Shown one piece after another: positions 11,486 to 22,400 of a stretch of 53,853 nucleotides of DNA. Position numbers and translations under genes: made by a program. Positions within the stretch are counted from its first letter, which is position 1. Each line of letters begins with the position of its first letter. A model generated the notes under the pieces. The model made no database searches, had not been told where the DNA came from, and worked only from the letters and a program-made list of their open reading frames with translations. Source of the stretch: Perkinsus olseni (taxonomy: Eukaryota); assembly GCA_013115125.1 (NCBI GenBank), contig JABANN010000199.1, positions 1-53,853 of the forward strand, in the 5' to 3' direction.

Positions 11486-12950
11486 CGTAACGATGATAGA
11501 GAGGCTGACGTGACTGATTGTAACGAGATGTGATTGTCAACATGCTGAATGATGTGAGCTTTAAGACTTTTCGCCAGTCGCGTCAAAGCTCCCCTCATAA
11601 CAGGATAGGACCTTAACAGGCGGACCCTCCCCTAGAAGAAATATAGAACTTTTCCTCGGGAGAGCTCACCGTAGGAGCAGCGGGCCCAAACACCTGCAAC
11701 TGAACTCAAGGCGACTTGTAGGCCAAACCTCAACTCATGGCACTCATGCGCTTGAAATCAGAGAGGTCCTTCCGCTACTTCCCGACCCGATGCATATCCG
11801 TGGAGAATTCGAACGCGTTACTACTGTCACATTCAACGTTCAGCCGCTCATAGCAGAATTGGGGCGTAGAATGGCTGAGATTCTCCAGTTAAAAAAATTG
11901 AACAGAGCACAATTTTAGTTCTCCTCCGTTTGTCTTGGGAGTAGCTTCAATAAACCACGTCTTCCAACTATTGGTGTCCACGAAGATGCATGGTGCAGAA
12001 TGATGAGGTCCAAGGTTCAGTCGCTCAGATGGAATTCAGACTCCACGACCGCTCCAACAGGGCGGCACGTCTCACGCGCTACAGGCTGCCCTTCTGTTTA
12101 GAGCTTCGGTCGGGACACTAGCTGACTCAAGAGCCATAAGAGTAGATTAAACACATTGGTGGATCTGACAGATCCGATCTATGCGACTCCGTGTGCAGCT
12201 ATGGGTGATTACTGTGAAAAGCTCTATCTTAAAGATCTTCCGAGAACTAGCTGGAAAAGGAAAAAGTTTGTGGGCACCATCGGCTGATGATAGCTGACCA
12301 GAGGGGAGAAATGAACTTAATTGGTGCACTTCTCGAGCCTTAGAGGTGATGCTTCTGCTGGCTCACCTGACGAGACCTGTGTGAGGGTGGTAGGCGTCTC
12401 TGTCGGAATGTACCCCTGAGGAAAGCTTCGTGACGAACCATCCGACTGCTTTTCACATCAGCGCTTCAAGGAGTTCCTAACTGAGCACATCGGCAACTTG
12501 TCGATTAAAAGAGTCCAACTAAGCCGGAACCGGCGTTGGACTACAAACTCACACGTACAAACGTACGTATAGAAAGAAGACAGAACCATGTTACAGATGC
12601 ACGCTCTGTCACCGTGCCCGAGGAACGGGGGGCAAGCACGTTTGCGGAAGCCGGATTGAGGCAAATCGATTACATTGAGCGCTGTAGGATTTCCGCCGAG
12701 GGAATGGAACTTCCTTATGCTGAGCTCGGGCCTGCACCAGTATGCTGACCCCGGTATTCAATCCGAGTGTTCGTTGATGCACCCCGCGGTATGAAATCGT
12801 ATTGCCACTGTCGAAGAGAGTGTGCGTGACGCTTTAAATGGATAACATCTGAGGTTTTCGGAAGGCTTTCCATCAAAATTTCTAAAGTTTCGCTGTCGCT
12901 TTCCGGCGTGCTTGTGCCTAGGGTATGCTCCAGCATCCGGTCTGTCCATA

Positions 12951-14183
12951 ATGCGCATCCACGCCATCCCAACGTCGATAGGATTATCATATCCCTCTGT
13001 CAAAGCCGAGCCAATCTCTCTACCACTAACAAGAGGGTATATGCCCCTAACGCTCGACGGCCAGACACTCAACTTCCGGGTGGACTCTAGCAGTGCAAGA
13101 ACTTTCGCCATCTACGGTCCCATGTACGAGGACTGGCACGGTAAAGGAAGCTGCGATGAGATACCCTCAAAGTGCTACTTCTGCCCCACTAACGTTTCGT
13201 GTGATGATATCTATACGAGGGAGAGATGGAAAGTGACCTTCGCCGACGGTGACGAGTTTGAGTACGTGCAGCACAACGTGACACTCAGCTTCGGCGGCAA
13301 AGTTGTTCCCGATTTCGAGCTCGGACTCATAGTCGAATTTGACAACATTTACGGTAGAAAGACGACCATGTATGGCCTACTTGGCCTCTCTGGCGGCCGT
13401 AGCAACATACCCGAGACATTCTTGGAACAGCTCAAGAGACGGCAGGTTATCTCCGATTTTGTCTACTCGATCCGCGCTGAGGAACAAGGACCTTCTATCA
13501 CAGGCAACCTGACACTGGACGACTCAAGGTTGACCGAGGACCTGGCCATACCATTCTGCGGCCATCTAAATATATCCAGGAAGAAAATAGTTGTGCCGCT
13601 GTCGCCGCTCAGGCTCTTAGACTCTCAGCGGAGTGTCTCGCCGCAGCATAATTTTAAGGTCTTCGGGAGGGCGGAACATGGTCCTAGGCCCGGAGAGATT
13701 GATTCAGGAGCCTCGTCAATTCAGATTTCTGAAGAGGATTTCGGAACGTTTGTTGGGGCAATTGAAACAGCAATGCAGAGAGATAATCTCCATGCGAATC
13801 ATATCATATGGGCAGACCCCAAGACACAATTCAACATGATCAGGGCAGAGGCTATTCCTTACTTGCCCACCCTTGGCTATGTTGTCGGGGAGCCGCCCCA
13901 TGATATGGACATCAGAATAGAGCCGAAGCATTATATCTTCGGTTGTGACGAAAACATTTGTTTCTTGGATATTAATGACGACGTTCTGGGAGATCCGACC
14001 CTTGGGCAGCCTCTGTTCCGAGCCTATGATGTAAAAGTTGATATTTCTCGATGCCGAGTGTATTTCTCACCTCACGCAGAGATCTCTAAAACTTTTGCGA
14101 AGGCGAGGCCATATCAGCCACACGGTAGATTGCGTTCTCTGGTTCGACGACTACTCAAGAAGCGAGGAACGAGATTATCGTAG
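12951..14183 (+). CDS. Pepsin-like (A1) aspartic protease paralog 3; intronless, first motif DSS
   Basis: VDSSS and IDSGASS motifs, GLLGLS, TLGQPLFRAY. ATG at 12951 aligns with the other paralogs. Confidence 0.9.
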   Translation: MRIHAIPTSIGLSYPSVKAEPISLPLTRGYMPLTLDGQTLNFRVDSSSARTFAIYGPMYEDWHGKGSCDEIPSKCYFCPTNVSCDDIYTRERWKVTFADGDEFEYVQHNVTLSFGGKVVPDFELGLIVEFDNIYGRKTTMYGLLGLSGGRSNIPETFLEQLKRRQVISDFVYSIRAEEQGPSITGNLTLDDSRLTEDLAIPFCGHLNISRKKIVVPLSPLRLLDSQRSVSPQHNFKVFGRAEHGPRPGEIDSGASSIQISEEDFGTFVGAIETAMQRDNLHANHIIWADPKTQFNMIRAEAIPYLPTLGYVVGEPPHDMDIRIEPKHYIFGCDENICFLDINDDVLGDPTLGQPLFRAYDVKVDISRCRVYFSPHAEISKTFAKARPYQPHGRLRSLVRRLLKKRGTRLS

Positions 14184-14440
14184 CGTCATCATGACGCGGT
14201 CAAATTAGTAAGGCTGATGATTTGATCATAATGAGATGTGATTGTGAATATGTTGAATGACGTAATGCTCTAATGCGCCGCTTGAGTTGCGTCAAAGCTC
14301 ATGCATGGATGGCATTTCATAGAACGGAAGTTCCACTGCAGAACATCACAATGGAGGACGTCCCAGAAGAAGACTACCAAAGGATCAGCGCACCTAACCT
14401 TCGACTGAACTCAAAAATACTTCCACGGCTAAATCTCCGC

Positions 14441-14516
14441 TTCATGACACTCATGCGCTTCATGAGTTTCATGACACTCATGCGTTTCATGAGTTTCATG
14501 ACACTCATGACACTCA
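14441..14516. repeat. 9-bp minisatellite (YTCATGnnn) with 27-bp higher-order period
   Basis: TTCATGACA CTCATGCGC TTCATGAGT TTCATGACA CTCATGCGT TTCATGAGT TTCATGACA CTCATGACA CTCA. Confidence 0.9.
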
Positions 14517-14643
14517 CTCTGAAGTTGAAAGGGGGCTAAAATTGAGCCGCTTAACAGACGACCTACTCACCAAAATCTCTCAGCGGAGATTTGCGTGCAT
14601 TCTGCATCACCTACGATCCGGAATGCGGATAGTATCGGGTACG

Positions 14644-14650
14644 AAAAAAA
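14644..14650 (-). terminator. Pol III oligo-T terminator of tRNA-Val
   Basis: T7 run on the minus strand about 18 nt after the tRNA 3' end. Confidence 0.7.
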
Positions 14651-14668
14651 CTGAGGCGAGGTAGCAAA

Positions 14669-14741
14669 TACCAGGAGCGAGGGTCGAACTCGCGACCTTC
14701 TGCGTGTAAGGCAGACGTCATAACCACTAGACTATCCCGGC
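14669..14741 (-). tRNA. trnV-TAC: tRNA-Val (anticodon TAC)
   Basis: GCCGGGATAGTCTAGTGGTTATGACGTCTGCCTTACACGCAGAAGGTCGCGAGTTCGACCCTCGCTCCTGGTA. 7-bp acceptor stem, TCTGC/GCAGA anticodon stem with CT-TAC-AC loop, GTTCGA T-loop; 73 nt, no intron. Confidence 0.96.
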
Positions 14742-15600
14742 ATTACGATCAGCATGATCGCCCCGGTGTTACGATGATCCAGTATGCGCTCTTTGACTGC
14801 TGATTTGCGATAGTCCACGTGGATTCCAAAAAATACGCCCGCAATCATGGAATCAGGGCATTGTGACTCCTATTATAGCTCGATAACCCTGTCAATGACG
14901 GGCACCGTCGGAGGAATTCTGAAGGGGAATACGTTTTACATCGCAAGCCCAGCTTGTCGTCGCGATGAAGAAGTGTTTGCTTCAACTTGAAACAACGAAA
15001 CATGTCATGGGGTGGTAAGAAACCCTCCAATCGTCGCGCTCGGGAGGAACATCATCATCAGAGTCAAAAACGGCCCTCTCGCCGACCGCTTGGTTAGTTA
15101 ATAGTTCATAATACAGTGAGGAATGGAGCGATAAGAATGTGACATTACAGGAACCCGAATCAACGCCTCGTTTCGACGTTGGAATGACAGTTCGCACACG
15201 AGAAGTATTACAGAGCTTGGTGATCGGGGAATTCACAGCAAGAGCATAGGATAAGGACGGTATCATACGGCAGGGGTCAGGCAACCGTCTCCGACGTCGG
15301 CGGACTACACTGATCACGTAGCGTTCGCGGAGGAGACAGTAGAAGCTGAAAAGGGCAATGACGAAATCATGTGGAGTCGAATGAATGCTAGTCATATGAG
15401 GTATTCCGCGTAACGGACTCTATCAAGTGGACTATCGGTTGCACAACTAGGAGAGAACATCACTACGAAACAACTGCCCGGCTGGCTCATTCTCAAATGC
15501 TAGCCCCCATTACTGTCTTGGCATCACCAATGGCAGCTCACCCGACGTACACAGTGCGAGAGCAGAATGCTGCTTAATCGTAAGGGTGGCTTCACCTCAA

Positions 15601-17746
15601 TCACACAACACGATCAATTCCTATAGCCAGTAAATTCTGAAGTCCTTTGTGCAAGGCTGAGTGCTGATCGGAAGTGCCAACCCCACTATCTCCCGCGAGA
15701 TCGCAGTTTGCCTACCGAAAGTAAACGAGCTGCTCTCCTTCGAGTCCATCAAAGCATTCCTGAAGGATTCATAAGTGATGTACCTGATGACGTTCTGTCT
15801 GAGTCAAACGGCCAGTCCAGACAGCGGCACCCCTCGTTGTTGGCATCTGCCTCCCTGATGAGATCCTCCACCCTCGTCCCACAAAAACGGTCGCCGAGGA
15901 CGTTACGCAAATTGCTCAGGGAGATGACCTGCACAACCAAGATGATGCGCCGCCGCTATCAGATTCCCACTCACCCCAGAGTTGTCAACGTCAAAGCGAC
16001 AAAACGCGTCGCGAACATCTTGCTCTGTGAGAGTTATCCGGTGCTGCAGGCATGCCGCGAGGAACTCCGAATAATGGATCTCCTCGTCGCCCGTCTGATC
16101 GAGCTTCCTGAAGATCTTCTCCGCCTCCGCAGCGTCCAGACCGAGGCGCTCCGTGAGGGCCTTGGTGAGATCCCCGAGGCGTATCGTCCCCGACTCATCG
16201 AAATCGAGAGAACGGAACTGGTCGGCCAGAGTGTCACAGACGTCCTTCGGGTTGATACTGAAGGCGACCAGGCTGAGTGCTGCCCGCTTCACGTCGCTCT
16301 CCTTAGCGAACTGGCAGAGGACTTCGAGTAGGTCAGAATCTATAAGGGCGGACTGGGGTTCCTGGATATCGACGAAAGTCCTGATCCAATCGCTTTTCGA
16401 AGCCTTCAGAGCGCTCGGACGATCCGCGGGGTTCTTCTGAAGCAGCCCCTTGACAAAGTCCTTCGCCGAGTCAGATACGCCCTTCCACCGAGGACCTGAA
16501 ACGACGGTTTCGGCGACCGACTCTTGAAAGTCATCAACGAACTCACCCTCGAAGGAGATGGGAGCTTCACAGATATTCCTAACGGTCTGCCTGGGATTCT
16601 CTCCAGCGAAGGGAGGCGAGCCCGACAGGAGCATGTACACTATGACGCCGATGGACCACACGTCGCAACGTACGTCGTAGGCTCCCTTCAGGATCTACTC
16701 GAAAGTTCGACTAACCGTGAAGAGTGGCACTGATGATCACCTCAGGAGCAACGTAGTAGACTGTGCCATGAGTGTCGCTCATCTTCTCTTTCGGTGTTGA
16801 AACTATTTGACTGATGCCGAAGTCGATCAACCGCAAGGGGGCGTCCGGCCGCGCCTCAGCGTAGACCCAGTTCTCCAGCTTGAGATCCCTAATGAGCTCA
16901 TGTCAGTTCGGACCGACTATAGTCACAAATACAATATAAAGCGAACACGCTGGCCTAGGAGACGAGAGCGCGGCTACTTGAGGGGAAATAACCTGCCCGA
17001 CCCCGAGATGCCCTCACCTGTGACAAACACCGTGGGTGTGACAGTAGTGTACTGCCTCTAGCATCTGCTTCGCAGCCACCGCTGCTTCCTCCTCCGTGTA
17101 GCGTCTCTGTAGTGCCAAACGCTCATACAGGTCCTTACCCATACCTGAGGCAGGGGAAAAGAGGTACTCTCAGAAAGCAGAACGAGCTAGCTCCGCCCAG
17201 AAACCCCGCCTTGGAGCATAGGGTAAGGTAGATCCCCACTCACATGCTTCCATCACTAGGTACACGTGTGACTCGTCCTCATAGACCTCGAGGAGCTTGC
17301 ACACGTTCGGGTGGTCCATCCGCAGGAAAATATCAACTTCGTTGTAGAGCCGCTGAGAATAGAGACAGCTCCCAGCCGAACACCAATACCACACCGTCAC
17401 CTACTCGATATTGAGCGGCATCCATCCCCTCGGTGGAGAACGTCTTCACAGCACAGATCCTATCGGTGCCGCGATGCTTGGCCAGGACCACAGCTCCGTT
17501 CATGCCCGTACCTGCACGCCACCACTGCCGAGGGCATCGACGAACGGTCGACTCACCAAGTATCTTATCCTGGTATATTTCGTATCTTGCTTCGATGGGT
17601 ATTTGGCGGATAACCTTCGCTGTGCGCACTCCCCGCTCATCTGTTGTTAATTGATTTATCAAAGAGTGAGCTCGCTGCCTCTGGCCACCAACGCCCGACG
17701 CTGATCTCCGGGGAATGTCCAGGGAGACTGAAGGCAGAAGCAACAT
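15601..17746 (-). CDS. CDPK: Calcium-dependent protein kinase (kinase domain plus 4 EF-hand-like loops); multi-exon, last exon uncertain
   Basis: Spliced motifs LGTGMNGAV, AVK, NEVDIFLRMDHPNV, HRDLKLEN, DFG, GTVYYVAPE, DVWSIGV; then DFDESGTI, DQTGDEEI, DVDNSGVI, DANNEGYI. Confidence 0.93.
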
Positions 17747-18120
17747 TTTCACGCGCGCCACGAAATTAACCCGACCGGCCTCCTCGAGCAATCACGGGGT
17801 TAAAGTCTAGCAACGGAATTCATAGAGTGACCAACCGAAAACAGAAAGCCGTCTCGCTCCTCGAGACGATTGCAGTCAGATGATGATGAGACGATGATTT
17901 CCAGCTCACGAAAAAAAGTACGTCGGTGGTGCTAGTCCAACTAAGCCGTACTGTCGTAGACGTTGTACTTCAAACTCACACACAAAAGCCTACCAGCGTT
18001 CCGATGGCGAATGTCCGTCTTGTTCGACCCATGCTTTCCGCCCGGCGAACCGAGTCCATCCACATCGTCAAGCTTCGAGAGGTGACATCCCATTTACAAT
18101 ATTAAAGCCGTCAGAAAGGA

Positions 18121-19422
18121 CTAACCAGTCCGGGAAAACACAAGACTAGCAGGGATGGAGCGAATAAGATGTGAATGAAAATTCTGTAGAGATGGTCCTT
18201 CACGAGAGGGGCCTTCTAGCCCTGGACGGTCCCTCTGCAATGGTCTCTCACTGCGACCACCGTAGCTCCTCGGACGTTCCTGCAACAGGGAACATGACTC
18301 ACCGCGGCCCTTGCATGCGTTTACCCGCAAAGCCACTCGGCCATTCTGCCAGAGCAGTCCTGGCCGGGTCCGACAACAACATAGTCAGCACCAGCGGCAC
18401 GGCAATGAGCCACCAGCTCGACCTGGCGGGGGAACTCAACTCGGTGGGTAAGACGAGTTTAAATACCTTGACATTGTTGCTGGGGCTGAGGAGTTTGCAC
18501 TCAGTTCGAAGGCTTTTCTGGACGGAGAGCTCCTCGACCTCCTTGCGAATCTTTGTGATCACACTCGGGCCTGTGGCTTCGAAGAGACTCTTCAAGTACC
18601 TTTACGACAGCAACAGCAGGGATACCAGTGAAAAGGGCGATATCGAAGGAACGCTCAAAATGCGAGAACCGGCGATAACAAGAGGAGATGCTTCGACGGA
18701 GCAACCACATCAGACGACTTCCGGCAGCGATGAGGATAGCGCCTGGCCGTAGCTGGCAGGCCTCTCTCTTGTCAAAGCTCACCCTCCAAAAAACAGCGCT
18801 TCCCCTTCAGGGCTAACAGCGCCAGGATCGCTCATGCTAGACAGGAGGTACTCGGGGAAGGGGCGAGGCACATGGACGCAAGATATGATATCTCCTGAGT
18901 ATTGCAGCACCTTGAGAAGGTCGCCCCGGAAGCTGCCCTACCGTCTCGAGCGAGGTCAACCGCCTTCCTGATGGCCGCGGCGGTGCCCTCAACGTCCTCT
19001 GTCCCGACTGGTACCACGAACTTTCTACTGCTGCTGTGAGGAGCAGTAGCTTGGACCGCAGCAAGGCAAATACGGGACACACCACGACCACCGCCGCAAC
19101 AAAGGGACAGCATGGTTACAGTAGAGGGGCTGAAGCCACTGACAATGAGGCGAATGTTCACAGAAAAGGAGTCCTCTGAGAGAAGATATTCCGCACCGGA
19201 ACTCAAACGGCAGTCGAGTTACTCGACCACGGTCACAGCTGACTGAGCGAGTACTGATAGCATAGCGAGCCGTGACGCCCCAACGCTCTCCACAGCTCGT
19301 ACGATCCATATATCGTCATCATTTGGACCCACTACTGCTACGCTCTTCTTCACGGGCGCAGTCAGAAGGGAGGGCGTGAGGCCGGGGAGTAATCCCCGGA
19401 CCAGGGCCCAACTCAACACCAT
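18121..19422 (-). CDS. Hypothetical protein, multi-exon; exon structure and end uncertain
   Basis: Successive minus-strand open segments (MVLSWALVRG...; EDSFSVNIRLIVSGF...; SLFEATGPSVITKIRKEVEEL...) with plausible GT-AG sites. No family recognised. Confidence 0.45.
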
Positions 19423-19460
19423 CACACGGCCAAGAAAAAAACTTAAGCAAAGGACATGTG

Positions 19461-22400
19461 CTACAAGGCTGACCTAGGGGCAGTCGTCATCGTGGGTGGT
19501 CTCAGAACCACCCGGCCGTCACCACCGTGCGCTTGATAATGAACGCCAGACTTAAACACGCGAAGTAAGGCCTCGTCAACGTGGTCTACGAAAACTAAGT
19601 CCATCGCCTCCGTCACTGGTAACGGTAGTGATGCTCGCAGCCTGAAAGAGTATCTTCCACCGTAGTACCCGCCCCACCGCCGCGAATGGCGGATCGGCGA
19701 AGGGCTGCCACTAGCCCGAGCGCTCGGAAGGAAGTGTAACAAAACCCAAGAGTGGTGACTGTAGAGTGACCTACGTCTTGGCGTTCGCTCGAGGCATGAT
19801 GACTGTATCGACGCCGGCCCTCTGTGCTGCCAGGACCTTATCCCTTACGCCTCCCACAGGGAGCACTTGACCAGTCAATGTGATCTCACCTACGGAAGGC
19901 GAGACGATTCGAGAGGCGAGCCGCTGTAGCGGCCAACACAGACCTGTTGTGGCGATAGTAGGCGGGATGGGAAGGCCCGAGAAGAGAGATACCAGGGCAA
20001 GGAAGACCGCAACACCTGACGCGGGGAAGTATTCAGAAAGCGAAGGGAGACAGTGGGCTCACACGTACCGGCACTCGGGCCATCCTTGGGCACGGCTCCA
20101 GCCGGGAAGTGGACATGGACGTCGGCCGAGGTGAGCAGCTTCGGATCGATAGATCGAAAGATGCTCTCGATAGGGGATGATATTACTGAGACCAAGACCG
20201 AGCATAGAGGCAGCAGAATTGGAGCCGTGCTCTAGTGAGCAGCGCTTCGCTCCACCCGAGAATTGTCCGTGCATTCGCCTATTATACTGAAGGATGTTCT
20301 ATATCTTCTCTCCCGACTCCGGAGGGATTCTCTCGCAATTTCGCGTCGAATCGAAACTATGTGCCTTTGAGGTCCGTGGGGAGCTTCGTTTTGTATACCC
20401 GCGAGATTATGCCTTCCGAAAATGGATGAGAAGCTATGGCACACCCTTTACACTGTCCGCTTCCGGTATTCCGTCACTTCGCCACGAAATTCCAGTAGCC
20501 TGAAGTCTCACCTTCATTCGTGACCCTAACCTGTACTGCATTAACCCTCGCCTTTAGTTGTGCTATTGCCGCGCTCACCGACTCTTGCATCACCTTGCCC
20601 AGCTGACCTGACCTCGTCATCACAGAATCGATACAGAGCCCTAGCTAACCTGTGATGGCCACCCTGCCGCTACCACTGGTCCTATCACTAGGTACTGAGC
20701 TACTGGTAATAGTGCTCTCGATCTCGAGCACGTCCCCGCCGGCAGCTGTCACTGCAAGGCCCAAGGCGACCTGCACGGAGCCAGTCTCGAATACCACTCC
20801 TTCCGGAATCGTTTTCTCAGGCATAGGGAACGTACGATACACTATATGTCGAGCTCAAGGGCCCTCGCCTATACGCGCACCGATACGCATCAATAACGCT
20901 AACCGGGTGACTTGGGGTGACTAACCGCACCGATCCGTGGGCGAGCCTACTCCGATTTGCCGGCCTTGAGCGTGTAGCTTTGCTCGCCTCCGCGCCAACT
21001 CCACAGGGGACTCAAAAGTCTCCGGTCCAAGTATGTCGGGGACGTCGCGCTGCCGTATCTATGACTAATACCACTACTCCACCTATCGCGGAGAGAAAGC
21101 TAAAATATCAGCGGAGCGATGCTGGGACCTACCACGAGAGGCGCCGCGGTCTCTCCATTTTGCTCGGTCATCTTGACGGCCGTATATCGGCATACATCGC
21201 CCAGTCGCCTCTCGAGAGATCTGTCACAAGGGATGTGGTACGCTGATATACCGGAGATATACCGTGCTGGACTATCGACAAAGCACTGGTAAGTGAAGCA
21301 TCAAGGGATGTCAAGGAGGAGAGTTGCGGGAAACCTACGCAAGCCCTGCTCTGTGTGAGTACACCGGGCAACGAATTCTTAGAAACCGCACTCACAGAAG
21401 CCTCGTTGCAAAACGATATCGTTGGAGAACGGAATGCTGAGAACCCTGACTTTCTAAGAACTTGCTACGCGGTGAAGACCTCACCTCACGCCAGCTTCCT
21501 TCGTGTAGCACTCCACCAGGTAATCTATGGCGCCATCCTCGATCTTGGCCGATCCAGATGCAAGGCAATGGGACTCCAATTGCCGCGGAACCAGATGCCT
21601 ACCATCATACGCGCTCGCCCTAGCAATCGATTTCGGTGCCGCCTCTTCACTCACCTCTTCGCAATCTCCCGCTTCTCCTGTAGGGTGTAGCTCGCTAGCT
21701 CCACCATCTCCAGGCGATCGATCAGTGGTCGGCTCATTTCACCTGGACGTCTCGGTCAACCAAGGCACACCCCCCGCGGTCGCCCACCTGCCGAGTTTGC
21801 AGTGCATATGAAGGTTATGCAGGAGAGGTCAAACGGCACTCCTAGGTAATGGTCACGAAAGGTGGAATGCTGGGACGGATCCAACAGCTCCAAGAGCGCG
21901 GCTGAGGAAAACAAGTAGCGCACAGCGAAGAATTCGACGGTCAGCACTGTAGACCAGTGGATGACTTCGTGTAAATCGTGAGCGCGCACAGTTGGAGTAG
22001 CAACTCAGTTTCATACAGTGAAAGTGGCTCCCGTTCCTCAGTAAGCCTCCCGCTTCCCTCAGGGCTACTGTGAAGTTTTTGAAAATCCTACAGAGATGAA
22101 TATCTACGTCAGCTAGAGACTCGGCCAATGATGGGAACAAGTGTGCTATATAGGAGCGATGAACCCAACGTCTTGTGGGATCGAGATTATGGTGTCATGA
22201 AACGACTGCCATCCGTGACAATTGTCAGACCGATTCGCAGCAAGGGAGAGAGGTCACGCGGTGCAGGACAGGGCGTGCAGCACTTACCCTGAGCATTTGA
22301 GTTGAAGCCTGGTTGAGCGACTTTATCGATCTCATCGAGTAGCATAACGCACTCTCGACTGCCACAGCGAGCCAGCTCCTGCAGAACAGTGCCCAGCATA

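Larger units (their letters stand above)
9900..14520 (+). repeat. Segmental tandem duplication (protease 2 and 3 units with flanks)
   Basis: Upstream about 9902-10260 is similar to about 12580-12950 (ACAGAACCATGTTA..., ATGGAACTTCCT..., GAGTGTTCGTTGATGCAC, GTATTGCCA). Downstream about 11486-11755 is similar to about 14184-14460. Confidence 0.8.

Noticed and set aside
14273-14539. 88-aa ORF with (FMTLMRFMS)n repeats
   Set aside because: Produced by the 9-bp minisatellite in a duplicated 3' flank; the homologous flank of paralog 2 shows no such ORF.
14845-15395. Short minus-strand ORFs upstream of the tRNA
   Set aside because: No recognisable homology or coherent gene model.
15708-16331. 207-aa plus-strand ORF (likewise 18171-18752, 29996-30550 and 52209-53093)
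   Set aside because: Antisense shadows of minus-strand coding regions in GC-rich sequence.
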